The notes: generated by a model from the sequence alone, not told the origin. Positions 26,718-37,077 are shown, counted from the stretch's first letter. The stretch: 64,000 bases of DNA from Dehalococcoidia bacterium (GCA_965117035.1 OZ220748.1:815992-879991); one strand, 5' to 3'. Numbers and translations: made by a program.

Positions 26718-28139
26718 ATGAGCAAGAAGATTCTCAGGGTCGCGGCGCAGGCCGCCGTCCTGGCGTTCGCGGCGGCGTCGCTGTTCGCGACGTCCGACGG
26801 TCTGCGCGCCGAGGATGGAATCGAGCTGGTGTCCACGACGTTCGTGACCGAGTTCCCGGACGGGTTCCGCGTGACCGCGCAGTTCGAGGGACCCAGCGAG
26901 ATAGAGAACATAGCGGCAAGGGTCAGGATCGGGCAGCAGACGGCCGGCTCCTACGACTACCTCGACTTCGACAAGGGCAAGCAGGTGGAGGGAGAGCTGT
27001 TCTGGCGCACCAACACGCGCTCCACGTACATACCACCCGGCACGATCATAACGCTGAGCTTCGAGGTGGAGGACGTCGAGGGCAACGAGCTCAAGACCGA
27101 GCCGTCCGAGCACGTCTACGAGGACCCGAACTACGAGTGGTCCGAGATCAGCGAGAGCTCGATCACCGTGGCCTATCACGGGCCGGTCGAGTCGAGGGCG
27201 CAGCTCGTCCTGGACGCGATGGTCGAAACGGTGGCGATCATGGCGCCGCTGCTTGGCGCCGAGACCGAGTCGCCCATCCGCGTGACGATGTACAACAACC
27301 GCCTGGAGATGGTGCGCGCTCAGCCTCCGCGCAGCGCGGAGATAGCGCGCAATACCACGACCCTCGGGCAGGCGTTCTCGGAGGAGGGCGTGCTGCTCGT
27401 CCTGGGCAACAGCCAGGCAAGGGGGACCGCCTCCCACGAGGTCACGCACATTCTCGTCCACCGAGCGGCCGACAGCCCAGGCCAGTTGATCCCGTCCTGG
27501 CTGAACGAGGGGCTGGCCGAGTACGGCAACCTGGAGGAGGGGCCCGAGTACGAGATCGCGTTGGAGTTCGCGGTCGCGACCGGTGTGCTCCAGTCGACGC
27601 TCAACATGGTCGCCCCGCCGGGCAATCCCGACGACCTGATCATCTTCTACGGCCAGTCGCGCAGCATCGTCGAGTTCATGATCGAGCGCTTCGGCGCGGA
27701 CAAGATGACCGAGCTGATGGCCACGATGAAGAAGGGAATCGGGACACCGGAAGCGATCGAGCGCGTATACGGCGTTACGCAGATCGAGCTCGAGAACCTG
27801 TGGCGCGACAAGATAGGAGCGGACCCGTACGTGCCGCCGGACACGGACCAGGCCAAGCCGACGCCCGAGCCGCGGCGCAAGATCGGGCTCTACAGCCTGA
27901 CCCCTCAACCCGAAACCGAGACGATCTCGGCGGCCAGCGAGACCCCGACGCCTCTACCGGAGCGGAGCGTCTCCGAGCCGAGCGACACGCCGACAGCCGC
28001 GGCGGAGGCCACGGAGCCGGAAGAGCCGGCTGCGGGATCCGGATGCGGCGCACCTCTCCCAGGCGGCGCGAGGGACGCATCGGCCGCCGCGCTGCTCCTG
28101 GGCCTGGTAGGGCTCCGGTTCAGGCCGGGGCGACGCTAG
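26718..28139 (+). CDS. secreted MA-clan (gluzincin) metallopeptidase with C-terminal Cys-hydrophobic-Arg anchor
   Basis: Signal peptide MSKKILRVAAQAAVLAFAAASLFA; HEVTHILVH zinc site plus WLNEGLAEY third-ligand helix; tail GSGCGAPLPGGARDASAAALLLGLVGLRFRPGRR. Confidence 0.8.
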   Translation: MSKKILRVAAQAAVLAFAAASLFATSDGLRAEDGIELVSTTFVTEFPDGFRVTAQFEGPSEIENIAARVRIGQQTAGSYDYLDFDKGKQVEGELFWRTNTRSTYIPPGTIITLSFEVEDVEGNELKTEPSEHVYEDPNYEWSEISESSITVAYHGPVESRAQLVLDAMVETVAIMAPLLGAETESPIRVTMYNNRLEMVRAQPPRSAEIARNTTTLGQAFSEEGVLLVLGNSQARGTASHEVTHILVHRAADSPGQLIPSWLNEGLAEYGNLEEGPEYEIALEFAVATGVLQSTLNMVAPPGNPDDLIIFYGQSRSIVEFMIERFGADKMTELMATMKKGIGTPEAIERVYGVTQIELENLWRDKIGADPYVPPDTDQAKPTPEPRRKIGLYSLTPQPETETISAASETPTPLPERSVSEPSDTPTAAAEATEPEEPAAGSGCGAPLPGGARDASAAALLLGLVGLRFRPGRR

Positions 28140-28167
28140 CCGGCGACGCGCCGGTCCCGGGCGGCAC

Positions 28168-29607
28168 CTAGCCGATCAGGACGTTGTCGCTAGGGTACCG
28201 GAACGGGTGGCCCCCGGTCTGCGGCGACATCGCGACGCGCAGGACCATGGGCGGTACGAGCCGGCCAACGAACATGGCGGCCACCAGCAGCAGCTTTCCG
28301 GCGACGGACAGGTCGGGCGTTATGCCCGCGCTGAAGCCGACGGTGCCAAACGCCGACACCGTCTCGAACAGCAGCTCGATGAGCGGGAATCCGTCCTCGA
28401 TGGCAGCGAGCGTGAGCGCGACTGCCGACGCGGCCAGAAAGGCCACGAAGGTCAGCGCGAAGGCCCATCGGACCTGGTGGTCCGGTATACGCCTGCCGAA
28501 GGCCGTCGGCCTGTCTCTTCCCCGGATCGACGCGGCTACGGCGATCACGACTATCGCCACCGTGTTGACCTTGATGCCGCCCGCAACGGACGCCGCGGCC
28601 CCGCCGACGAACATCAGGATCATGTAGAAGGCGTTCGTTTCATCGCCCGTCGCGCCGAAGTCGACGGTGGAGAACCCGGACGTCCGGTTGACGGACTGGA
28701 ACACGGACGTGAAGGCCCTGTCGGCCGCGGACAGTCCTCCCATCGTGGCCTCGTTGTCGGACTCGAAGGCGAAGAAGAGCGCGGCCCCCGCCGCGAGGAG
28801 CACACCGGTCCAGAACAGCACCAGTTTGGAGTTGAGCGACAGTCTCCGGAAGCGCCTCTGCCTGAGGACGTCGGCGGCCACCCAGAATCCGGTGCTGCCG
28901 ATGACTATCAGCACGGCGATGGTGCCGACAATCAGGTAGTCGGTCTGAAACGCGAGCAGGCTCGCGCTATCGGCCAGGGAGGTAAACCCCGCGTTGTTGA
29001 ACCCGGAAACGGCCTGGAAGAGCGCATGCCACAGGGCCTCGACCGTCGGATAGGTGCGGGCGAAGCCGGCCAGCAGCACGAGGAACCCGACGACCTGCAC
29101 GGCCACGGCCCAGACCAACAGCAAGAGTGTCATCCTGGCGATGTTGGCGAAGTCCGCGGCGCCGGTCGTCTCCCCCATGACCATGCGATGTGTCAGCGAC
29201 GCCCGGTGTCCGGCGAGTACCAGCAGCGCGCTCGCTATCGTCATGATTCCGAGGCCGCCCACGAACATCAACAGCAGGATCACGATCTGCCCGGGAACGG
29301 TCCAGTAGGTGGCGGTCTCCACCACCACGAGTCCTGTGACGGTGGCCGCGGACGTCGCCGTGAAGAGCGCGTCTTCGAGGGGCGCCAAGCCCTCGCCGCT
29401 GTGGGCCATGGGGAGCGTCAACAGCAGCGTCCCGACCGCGATCAGGAGGCCGAACGCGTACACCATGATCAGCGGCGGGCTGACCGCGGGCGACTTGACG
29501 CGGGGGGCCGGGACCTCCATCCGGACCGGCAGTATCCCCGCCATGCGTGGCCGCCGGACGACCTTGTCCGCGGGCTTGGGCGCCCACGTTTCGTCGTGTC
29601 TGTTCAA
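28168..29607 (-). CDS. TrkH/KtrB family cation (K+) transporter
   Basis: 479 aa polytopic protein with repeated membrane-pore-membrane segments (SAATVTGL, GFNNAGF, NRTSGFSTVD, SAFGTVGFS selectivity-filter-like glycines). Confidence 0.9.
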   Translation of the reverse strand: MNRHDETWAPKPADKVVRRPRMAGILPVRMEVPAPRVKSPAVSPPLIMVYAFGLLIAVGTLLLTLPMAHSGEGLAPLEDALFTATSAATVTGLVVVETATYWTVPGQIVILLLMFVGGLGIMTIASALLVLAGHRASLTHRMVMGETTGAADFANIARMTLLLLVWAVAVQVVGFLVLLAGFARTYPTVEALWHALFQAVSGFNNAGFTSLADSASLLAFQTDYLIVGTIAVLIVIGSTGFWVAADVLRQRRFRRLSLNSKLVLFWTGVLLAAGAALFFAFESDNEATMGGLSAADRAFTSVFQSVNRTSGFSTVDFGATGDETNAFYMILMFVGGAAASVAGGIKVNTVAIVVIAVAASIRGRDRPTAFGRRIPDHQVRWAFALTFVAFLAASAVALTLAAIEDGFPLIELLFETVSAFGTVGFSAGITPDLSVAGKLLLVAAMFVGRLVPPMVLRVAMSPQTGGHPFRYPSDNVLIG

Positions 29608-29784
29608 GACCTGTCTCCCCGGCTGTGGCGGGCGCGACAGTCAGGACCCGCCGGGACCGCTCGACCGCAATGATATAGCGGGAGACGGTCGCGGCGAAAG
29701 GCGCAACGGGCATGAGGCGACTGTCCGGCCGCCGGAGACGCGGCCCGTCCCGGTCGACTTGGGACTACCCGGCCCAAGCCCGGC

Positions 29785-30789
29785 TCACCGAGTACGCGGG
29801 TTCAGGACATCGTTCAGGGCATCGCCGAGCAGGTTCCACGCCAGCACCATCAGCCAGGATGCGATGCCCGGTGCGAGCAGTATCCAGGGCCAGTTGCGCA
29901 GGATGCTCAGATTCACCCCGCCCTCGAAGAGCATGAGGCCCAGGCTGGGCCGGGGGGGCTGTATGCCGATGCCGAGCCAGCTCAGGATGATCTCCACACC
30001 GACCATGGAGCCCATCCCCATGGACACCGACACGACTATGGGGCTTATCGCGTTGGGCAGCAGATGGCGGAACAGGATGCGGGGCGTCGATGCGCCTATC
30101 GCCCTTGCCGCCTCCACGTGCTGGGTCGCCCTCAGCGCGAGTATCTGCCCCCTGACGAGGCGCGCCATGCCGATCCATCCGAAGCTGACCAGCGCCAGGG
30201 ATATGACGACGTAGTCCGCGACCCCTGACTTGACCAGGCCGTCCAGGAACGAGTTGTCCTCGATCCACCTGACCCACTCGACGACCCGCGGCCGGAGAGT
30301 AGCGGCCAGGATGATGGCCAGCAGTATGTCCGGGAAGGAGGTGAATATCTCGCCGGTGCGCATGATTATGGCGTCGGTCCGGCCTCCGTAGTACCCGCTG
30401 ACCAAGCCCAGCGTGACGCCGATGACGAGCCCGCCGGTCAGCATCGCGACGACGGTCAGGATGACGGTGTTCTGGATGCCCCAGAGGACGCGGGTGAACA
30501 TGTCCCTCCCGAACCGGTCGGTCCCCGCCAGGTGCGACTCCGTCCAGAACCCCAGGGGCCCCTGGTCGAAGACGAAGCTGGGGCCCTTGTTGATCAGGCT
30601 GTAGTCCTGGAATTCGTAGTCGTGAGGCGCAATCAAGCCCGCAAAGACGCCGCCGGAGTAGACGACGACCAGGGCGACGATGCAGGCGACGGCGATCTTC
30701 TTTCGCATGAGGCGGTAGGCCGCCCGCGCGAAGTGGCCCCTCCGCGGCCGCGTCCGCAGATCGAACGCATCCTGTACTGCTGTCGCCAC
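29785..30789 (-). CDS. ABC transporter permease, peptide/nickel type (DppC/OppC-like)
   Basis: BPD_transp_1-type core with EAARAIGAS..ILFRHLLPN EAA loop. Confidence 0.9.
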   Translation of the reverse strand: MATAVQDAFDLRTRPRRGHFARAAYRLMRKKIAVACIVALVVVYSGGVFAGLIAPHDYEFQDYSLINKGPSFVFDQGPLGFWTESHLAGTDRFGRDMFTRVLWGIQNTVILTVVAMLTGGLVIGVTLGLVSGYYGGRTDAIIMRTGEIFTSFPDILLAIILAATLRPRVVEWVRWIEDNSFLDGLVKSGVADYVVISLALVSFGWIGMARLVRGQILALRATQHVEAARAIGASTPRILFRHLLPNAISPIVVSVSMGMGSMVGVEIILSWLGIGIQPPRPSLGLMLFEGGVNLSILRNWPWILLAPGIASWLMVLAWNLLGDALNDVLNPRTR

Positions 30790-30802
30790 CGGTCGATCTC
30801 CC

Positions 30803-31732
30803 CTACCGGTACCTGATGCGAGGGTCGAAGTAGGCGTACGTGAGGTCCGCCAGCAGATTGGCCAGGACGAAGAAGATCGCGCCGATCAGCGTGATCGCCA
30901 TCGTGACCGGGAAGTCCCTCTGGAATATCGAATCGAGGAAGAAGCCTCCGATACCCGGTATGCCCACTATCCGCTCGACGATGAACGAGCCGCCGATCAG
31001 CCCGGCCAGCGAGAAGGCCAGGATGGTGACGATGGGGATCATGGCGTTCTTGAAGACGTGGCGCCGGTCGACCTGCACGGGAGAGAGTCCCTTGGCGTGC
31101 GCGGTGCGGATGAAGTCCTGGCCGAGGACGTCCAGTGTGCTGGCGCGCATCAGGCGGGCCAGCGCCGCTATGCCGATCACGCCCATCCCCACGGCGGGGA
31201 TGAGGATCTTGGTGTCGAAGCCGCCGGTCCAGCCGGAACACGGCACCCAGTGCAGCTTGGTGCAGAAGGTCAGCAGCAATACCGGGAGCGTCACCATGAT
31301 GGGTATGGACATGACGACGAGCGTGATGGTCACGATGGCCGGATCGATCCAGGAGCCCTGCTTGTGGGCGATGAAGAAGCCGAGCGGCAGGCCGATCGTC
31401 AGGCTGATCGCCATGGCCGCCGCGGACAGGCGCGCCGAGAGCCACATCTTCGGCAGGATCAGGTCCCGGACGGGCACGCCCCGCTTCGTGAAGCTCGTCC
31501 CGAAGTCGCCCCGGACGAAGTTCCACATGTAGTCGGCATACTGGACCAGGAACGGGCGATTGAGTCCCAGCTCTTCCCGAAGCCGCTCGGCGACCTCGGG
31601 GCGGTTCTTGGGCCCGAGCATCACGACTACGGGATCGCCCGGGATTATCCGGAACAGTGTGAAGGTGATGAAGGAGACGAAGAACAGGACTACCGGGAGA
31701 AAGAGCAGCCGACGCACTATGTAACCTGTCAC
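30803..31732 (-). CDS. ABC transporter permease, peptide/nickel type (DppB/OppB-like)
   Basis: MTGYIVRRLLFLPVVLF opening, RTAHAKGLSP..V..RHVFKNA EAA loop. Confidence 0.9.
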   Translation of the reverse strand: MTGYIVRRLLFLPVVLFFVSFITFTLFRIIPGDPVVVMLGPKNRPEVAERLREELGLNRPFLVQYADYMWNFVRGDFGTSFTKRGVPVRDLILPKMWLSARLSAAAMAISLTIGLPLGFFIAHKQGSWIDPAIVTITLVVMSIPIMVTLPVLLLTFCTKLHWVPCSGWTGGFDTKILIPAVGMGVIGIAALARLMRASTLDVLGQDFIRTAHAKGLSPVQVDRRHVFKNAMIPIVTILAFSLAGLIGGSFIVERIVGIPGIGGFFLDSIFQRDFPVTMAITLIGAIFFVLANLLADLTYAYFDPRIRYR

Positions 31733-31846
31733 GGCTTCACTCCTTCACACGACGCGACGCGCGCTCGGCGCGCGAAGCCGCGGGCCGCCGCGCTGGTGAC
31801 GCGCCGACGGCCCGCGGCCCAAGACGGTCCGCTCCTCGGTTGGCAA

Positions 31847-33610
31847 CTACTGGATGGCGACTTCCTTCAGCTTGGGAACGATCATCGGCGTCAGCCTGTA
31901 GCCGGATACGTGCGGCTTGATCAGCACGTACTGCTCGCCCGAGAACCAGCGCGGCAGCCACGCGGCATCGTTCACGATCATCTGCTCGGCCTGATGGTAC
32001 AACTCAATGCGCCTGGCCGGGTCCGGCTCCGTCCGAGCCTCCTCGAGCACGGCATCGACCGCCGGGTTCGAGTAGTTGCTGTGGTTGATTCCGCTGTCCG
32101 TGTGGAACAGTATGTCCAGGAAGTCCTGCGGGTCCGGGTAGTCGGCCTGCCAGCCGGACGTGTATGCCTGGAATTTCTTCCTGTCCAGGTCGTCCAGGAA
32201 GGTGGCCCACTCCACCTGCTCGATGTCCACCTCGACCCCGAGCACCTGTCTCCACATCTGCAGGATCACCTCGACGTCCAGGCCGACGGTGCCGCCGGTG
32301 CCGGGTACCGATAGCGTGATCCTCGGCAGGTCGTCGGGGCTGCCGGAGACGCCTTCCAGGTAGTCCTGCGCCGACGCGTAGTGCGGGCTGTCCGGGTCCA
32401 CCCGCGTCAGGAACGCCCCGTACTTCGACTCGGCCATGAGCCGCTGTGCCTTGTCCGGGTCGTATCTGAGGCCGACGAGATCGGGGTTGTAACCGGGGAA
32501 GTCGGGCGGCAGGATGCCGTACGCGGGATACACGAGGTTGGACAGCACGTCGCGCGCGATCAGCTCCTTGTTGACGGCGTGGTTGAGCGCCTGGCGGACG
32601 CGAACGTCGTCGAACGGCGGCCGCGTGGGGTTGAAGCCGATGTAGGAGATGTCGAAGCCGGGCGGGGCGACGCGCAGGTCCTTGTTCCTGGGGTCGCTCT
32701 CGTCCAGGACCGCGTCCAGGTCGAAGAGGCCGACGCCGGTGATGTCTATCTCGTCGTTGTCGTACATGGCCATCGACTGGCCGCCGGCGAGGTTCATGTG
32801 TATCACGTCGACCTTGGCCGGCTCCCTGTAGTATTCGGCAAAGCGCTCCAGGATGAGCCGGTCTCCGATCCGGTATTCGCGGACCTTGAAGGGCCCGGTG
32901 CCCACGGCATCGTCTACCCACCAGTCGCTCCCGCCGGTCTCGACGGTCTCGCGGTCGACGACGAACGCCGTGGGGTACGACATCTTGGCGAGGAAGTACG
33001 CGACGGGCGCGTCGATGGTCAGCTGGAGCGTCAGGTCGTCGATCACTGTGATGCCGACGATTTCAGAGGCGCGTCCCTCGACGTAGTCATCGAAGCCCTT
33101 GAGGTCGTTGAGATACGTATCGGCGACGGGCGAAGCCGTTTCGGGATTCGCCGCCCGCTCCATCGACCACTTGAAGTCGTGCGCCGTGACGGGCGTGCCG
33201 TTGTGGAACGTGACGCCCTCCCTGAGCTTGAACGTGTAGACGACGCCGTCGTCGATGCTCCAGCTCTCGGCAATGTCGGGGACCAGCTTCAGGTCCGTGT
33301 CGAGGGCGACCAGTCCGCTGAAGACCTCGACGACTATCCCCGCTGACGTCGTGTCCGACGTGAGGTGCGGGTCCATCGTCGGCGGGTCGCTCCACAGCCT
33401 TCGGAAGACACCGCCCTCGGGCGGCGCGGTGATCCCGCCGCCGTCGTCCGCTCGCGCGGAAGGCGTATCGGCCTGTTCGGCGGCTGGCTCGGCGGCGGCC
33501 TCTGACGGCGCGGGTGTCGGATCGGCGCCGTCGCCGCAGGCTGCCGCCGCCACCGCGAACGCGATCAACAGTATCGGCAGAAGCGCGATCATAGCCTTCG
33601 TCTTGTACAT
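31847..33610 (-). CDS. ABC transporter substrate-binding lipoprotein, family 5
   Basis: Lipobox signal (LLIAFAVAAAAC), Ala/Pro/Glu linker, then SBP_bac_5-type body; heads the two permease genes. Confidence 0.9.
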   Translation of the reverse strand: MYKTKAMIALLPILLIAFAVAAAACGDGADPTPAPSEAAAEPAAEQADTPSARADDGGGITAPPEGGVFRRLWSDPPTMDPHLTSDTTSAGIVVEVFSGLVALDTDLKLVPDIAESWSIDDGVVYTFKLREGVTFHNGTPVTAHDFKWSMERAANPETASPVADTYLNDLKGFDDYVEGRASEIVGITVIDDLTLQLTIDAPVAYFLAKMSYPTAFVVDRETVETGGSDWWVDDAVGTGPFKVREYRIGDRLILERFAEYYREPAKVDVIHMNLAGGQSMAMYDNDEIDITGVGLFDLDAVLDESDPRNKDLRVAPPGFDISYIGFNPTRPPFDDVRVRQALNHAVNKELIARDVLSNLVYPAYGILPPDFPGYNPDLVGLRYDPDKAQRLMAESKYGAFLTRVDPDSPHYASAQDYLEGVSGSPDDLPRITLSVPGTGGTVGLDVEVILQMWRQVLGVEVDIEQVEWATFLDDLDRKKFQAYTSGWQADYPDPQDFLDILFHTDSGINHSNYSNPAVDAVLEEARTEPDPARRIELYHQAEQMIVNDAAWLPRWFSGEQYVLIKPHVSGYRLTPMIVPKLKEVAIQ

Positions 33611-33670
33611 CCCTGGCCTCCTGGGTGCTTTGATTCTACAGGTTAGACGTCGGTCCGGCCCCGCGCGGTT

Positions 33671-34805
33671 CTAGCGATCAGCCGGCGTCCCTTCCTTGCT
33701 CCCGGTATCTCTGCCCATCGTGTGAGCGAGATAGGCGTTCACGAAGCCGTCCAGCGCGCCGTCCAGCACGCCGTCGGCGTCCGATGTTTCGAATTCTGTC
33801 CTGTGGTCCTTCACCAGTTTGTACGGCTGCAGGACATAGCTGCGGATCTGGTTGCCCCACTCCGCCGAGACGTGGGCGCCCTTGAGCCTTGCCACGTCCT
33901 CGGCCCTCTGCTTCATTTCGAGCTCCATCAGCCGGGCCAGCAGTATCTTCATCGCGATGGCCTTGTTCTGGTACTGCGACCTCTCGTTCTGGCAGCTCAC
34001 CTTGATGCCGGTCGGCACGTGGGTTATCCGGACGGCCGTCGAGTTCTTCTGTACGCTCTGGCCTCCCGCGCCCCCGGCTCGGAATACGTCGATCTTGAGG
34101 TCTCCGGGGTCGACCGCCACGTCGCCCTCCTCGTCCGCTTCGGGCAGCACCTCTACGAGGGCGAAGGACGTGTGCCTGGCGTGGTCGGCGTCGAACGGCG
34201 AGAGCCTGACGAGCCTGTGCACGCCCCTCTCGCCCTTCAGGTACCCGTAGGCGTAGTCCCCCGATACCTGGAGGACGGCGCTCTTGAAGCCGGCTTCCTC
34301 GCCCGGCGATATGTCGAGGGTTCGCGCCTCGTATCCCCTGCTCTCTGCCCACCTGACGTACATGCGCGCGAGCATCTCGGCCCAGTCCTGCGACTCTATC
34401 CCGCCGGCGCCGGAGTGCAGCGCCATAATCGCGTCGCGCCGGTCGTGCCGCCCGGAGAGCACCAGCTTGAACTCCAGCTCCTCGAGCCGGGCGGTTACCC
34501 TGTCGAGGTCGGCCGCGAGGGTGTCCCCAAGCGATTCGTCCTGCTCTTCAGAGGCCAGGTCGATCAGCTCGCCGATGGAGCCGACCTCCCTCTCGAGCGA
34601 TCTCCATTCGTCGACCTCGGTCTTGAGTCCGGCCAACGTCCGCATCTTGTCCTGGGCCCGATGGGCGTCGTCCCAGAACGCCGGAGCGGCGCTCTCTCGC
34701 TCCAGGGTCGCGATATGTCGTTCCTTGGAGTCCACGTCAAAGACGCACCATTATCTTCGAGATGCGGTCGGCGATTTCGGCCACTGTGGCTCTCATCTCA
34801 TACAT
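33671..34805 (-). CDS. prfB: peptide chain release factor 2, programmed +1 frameshift at CTT TGA C (34742-34736)
   Basis: Frame 0 reads ATG(34805) MYEMRATVAEIADRISKIMVRL then TGA (34739-34737); +1 frame continues DVDSKERHIATLE... through track ORF 33671..34735, which carries SPF and GGQ motifs. Confidence 0.9.
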
Positions 34806-34969
34806 AGTTATACGACATATCTCCGTGTTCGGATTTCGAGGTGTGCAACAACGCTGTCGACGGCCGCGAGAAAGCCCCTCCGGCATCTCGCGAAGCGCTG
34901 CCCGGATTATATCAGGGCGGGCCGCCCGCCCGTCGGCGCCGGGTAGCCGACGGGCGGAGTCCGGGCGGG

Positions 34970-36793
34970 CTATGCGCGCTGCAGCGGCAGCACCACGTGT
35001 GACGGCCGCTTCGCGTCGTGGAAGACGCTCTGGACGGCAACCTGGTAGGAGCGTTCGAGGCCCAGCGGCCCCCCGGTGTTGGGATTGACGTCGAACCGCG
35101 GCCAGTTGCTGCTGCTGATATCGAGGCGAACACGGTGCCCGGCTCTGAACACATACGAGGTCGGATACAGCTCGAAGACGAACTCGTACGGCTCGCCCGG
35201 CGCCATCATCTCGGGGCTCTCCCAGCCGTTGCGGTACCGGGCCCGGATGATCGAGTCCGTGATGTTGATCGCCAGCCCCCCGGCGTAGTCTCCGCCCGAC
35301 GGGTAGACGTCGAGCAGCTTCGCGGTGAAGTCTGTGTCCACGGCGGAGGAGGCCGCCCACAGGTGCATCTCGATCGGCCCCGTCGCCTCGACGTCCTCCT
35401 CCAGCACGGGCGTCAGGAAGGACAGTACGTCGGCCCTGGAGTTGAGCGGCAGGGTGTCCTCGAAGCCGTGGAAGTCGAGCCTGCCCTTCTGGTCGTAGGC
35501 GCCGGCCCTCATGATGACGTCCGCGGCCGAGAGACCGCCCCCCATCGTTGGCACCGGGTCTTTGGGGTCGAACGTGTAGGTTGTGGGAGCGGACGCGCCG
35601 TCCCCGGGCCGGTCGGGGGACAGCGACCCGTCGCCGTGGATGTAGTACGGCGTGAACTCGGTGCCGGGCAGCGGCCAGTCCGGCTCGCCGCGCCACCGGC
35701 CTCCGTGCGACAGCCGGCCCGCGTCGTTGCGGTCCTGTCGGTCGCCGGGGTCCATGGTGAAGATCGTAACCGGGGACCACCCCGCGACGGGCGTGTGCAG
35801 CCCCTTGAGATAGTGGTCGAACCACTGCAGCCTGAAGTCGTTCAGGTGAACGTGGGACTCGGTGCCAAAGTCGACTTCTCCCGCAAAGGTGACCTCCCAC
35901 CCGCCGTGCGTCCACGGGCCCATGACGAGCCTCTGGTCGGTCTTCTTCATCTTGCTCAGGGCAACGAAGTTCTCGCAGGTGGCCCTCGCGTACGAGTCGT
36001 ACCATCCTCCTATGTACATCGTCGGCACGTCGGCGTGCTCCTCGTAGTACTCGGAGATGGCGTAGCCCCGCTGCTTCCAGTAGTCGTCGTAGTCGCCGCG
36101 GGTGAGGATGTCGATGGCCCACCGCTCGTACGAGGGCAGTCGACTCAGGATCGTCGCGCCCTCGCGCAACGGGTACCGGTCTACGATCTGGGGCATGTCC
36201 TCGTTGAAGGCCTTCTCCAGAGCGGCGCGCAGGTCCGGGTCTGCCTGGGCCTCTTTGCTGGTGCACGCCATCCGGAAGACGTAGACGTGGAACCGCTGCT
36301 CGAGAGCGCCGTTCTGCCTCATCGAGCAGTGGTAGTAGTTCGAGGCGCCGACGCCGACGATCATCGTAGCGAGCCCGGGCGGGTCCAGCGTCGCCAGGGC
36401 GGACTGGTCGCTGCCGGAGTAGGAGCTTCCCAGGGTCCCGACCTGGCCGTCGCTCCACGGCTGCCCGGCGATCCACTGGACCGTGTCGTAGCCGTCGGGC
36501 GCCTCCTTCGCGAAGGCGTACCACTCGCCCTCCGAGTCGAACCTGCCCCTGACGTCCTGTATCGCGCAGACGTAGCCGCGGCGGGCGAAGTACTTGCCGT
36601 TCGTGACGGCGCTGGGATTTCTCCTGTTGTAGGGCGTGCGTTCCAGGAGGACGGGAAATCTGCCGGGGACGCGGCGGCCGCCGACCGCGGGATAGTAGAT
36701 GTCCGTCGCCAGCCTGGCGCCGTCCCGCATCGGCATCATCACGCGCTGGTCGCAGACGACTTCGTACTCCTGGTGAGAACCCTCGTAGCTCAT
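34970..36793 (-). CDS. CocE/NonD family hydrolase (S15 X-Pro dipeptidyl-peptidase-like)
   Basis: ATG at 36793 after GGAGG; VMMPMRDGARLATDIYYP...PVLLERTPYNRR opening, GSSYSG nucleophile elbow, C-terminal jelly-roll domain length. Confidence 0.9.
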   Translation of the reverse strand: MSYEGSHQEYEVVCDQRVMMPMRDGARLATDIYYPAVGGRRVPGRFPVLLERTPYNRRNPSAVTNGKYFARRGYVCAIQDVRGRFDSEGEWYAFAKEAPDGYDTVQWIAGQPWSDGQVGTLGSSYSGSDQSALATLDPPGLATMIVGVGASNYYHCSMRQNGALEQRFHVYVFRMACTSKEAQADPDLRAALEKAFNEDMPQIVDRYPLREGATILSRLPSYERWAIDILTRGDYDDYWKQRGYAISEYYEEHADVPTMYIGGWYDSYARATCENFVALSKMKKTDQRLVMGPWTHGGWEVTFAGEVDFGTESHVHLNDFRLQWFDHYLKGLHTPVAGWSPVTIFTMDPGDRQDRNDAGRLSHGGRWRGEPDWPLPGTEFTPYYIHGDGSLSPDRPGDGASAPTTYTFDPKDPVPTMGGGLSAADVIMRAGAYDQKGRLDFHGFEDTLPLNSRADVLSFLTPVLEEDVEATGPIEMHLWAASSAVDTDFTAKLLDVYPSGGDYAGGLAINITDSIIRARYRNGWESPEMMAPGEPYEFVFELYPTSYVFRAGHRVRLDISSSNWPRFDVNPNTGGPLGLERSYQVAVQSVFHDAKRPSHVVLPLQRA

Positions 36794-37048
36794 GCGTAAA
36801 CCTCCACGTTGCTGCCGGGCCGACCGCGGGCGGCGGCGCCGATTCTTGCCCGGATTCTGACCTATGCTACCGATTGCCTGGCCCGTTGCCAAATGGTAGG
36901 CTCCAGATGCCGGCCCTTTCCGCGCCGACCGGTTGGGGCGGCTCCCATGGACCGTGCCCGCATCCGTTCGCGCCCATGGGCCGACGCGTGGAGTCGGGGC
37001 CGGCGAGGGCCCGCCGGAAGGCGGCACGCGCCCGGCGAATTTCGACGG

Positions 37049-37077
37049 TTGCAGGGCGCCGCATTTCGTGGTATGCT
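37049..37077 (+). promoter_or_regulatory. candidate sigma-70-type promoter upstream of rpoD (TTGCAG-17-TGgTATGCT)
   Basis: -35 TTGCAG at 37049-37054, 17-nt spacer, extended -10 TGG TATGCT at 37069-37077; implies a leader of about 220 nt. Confidence 0.3.
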
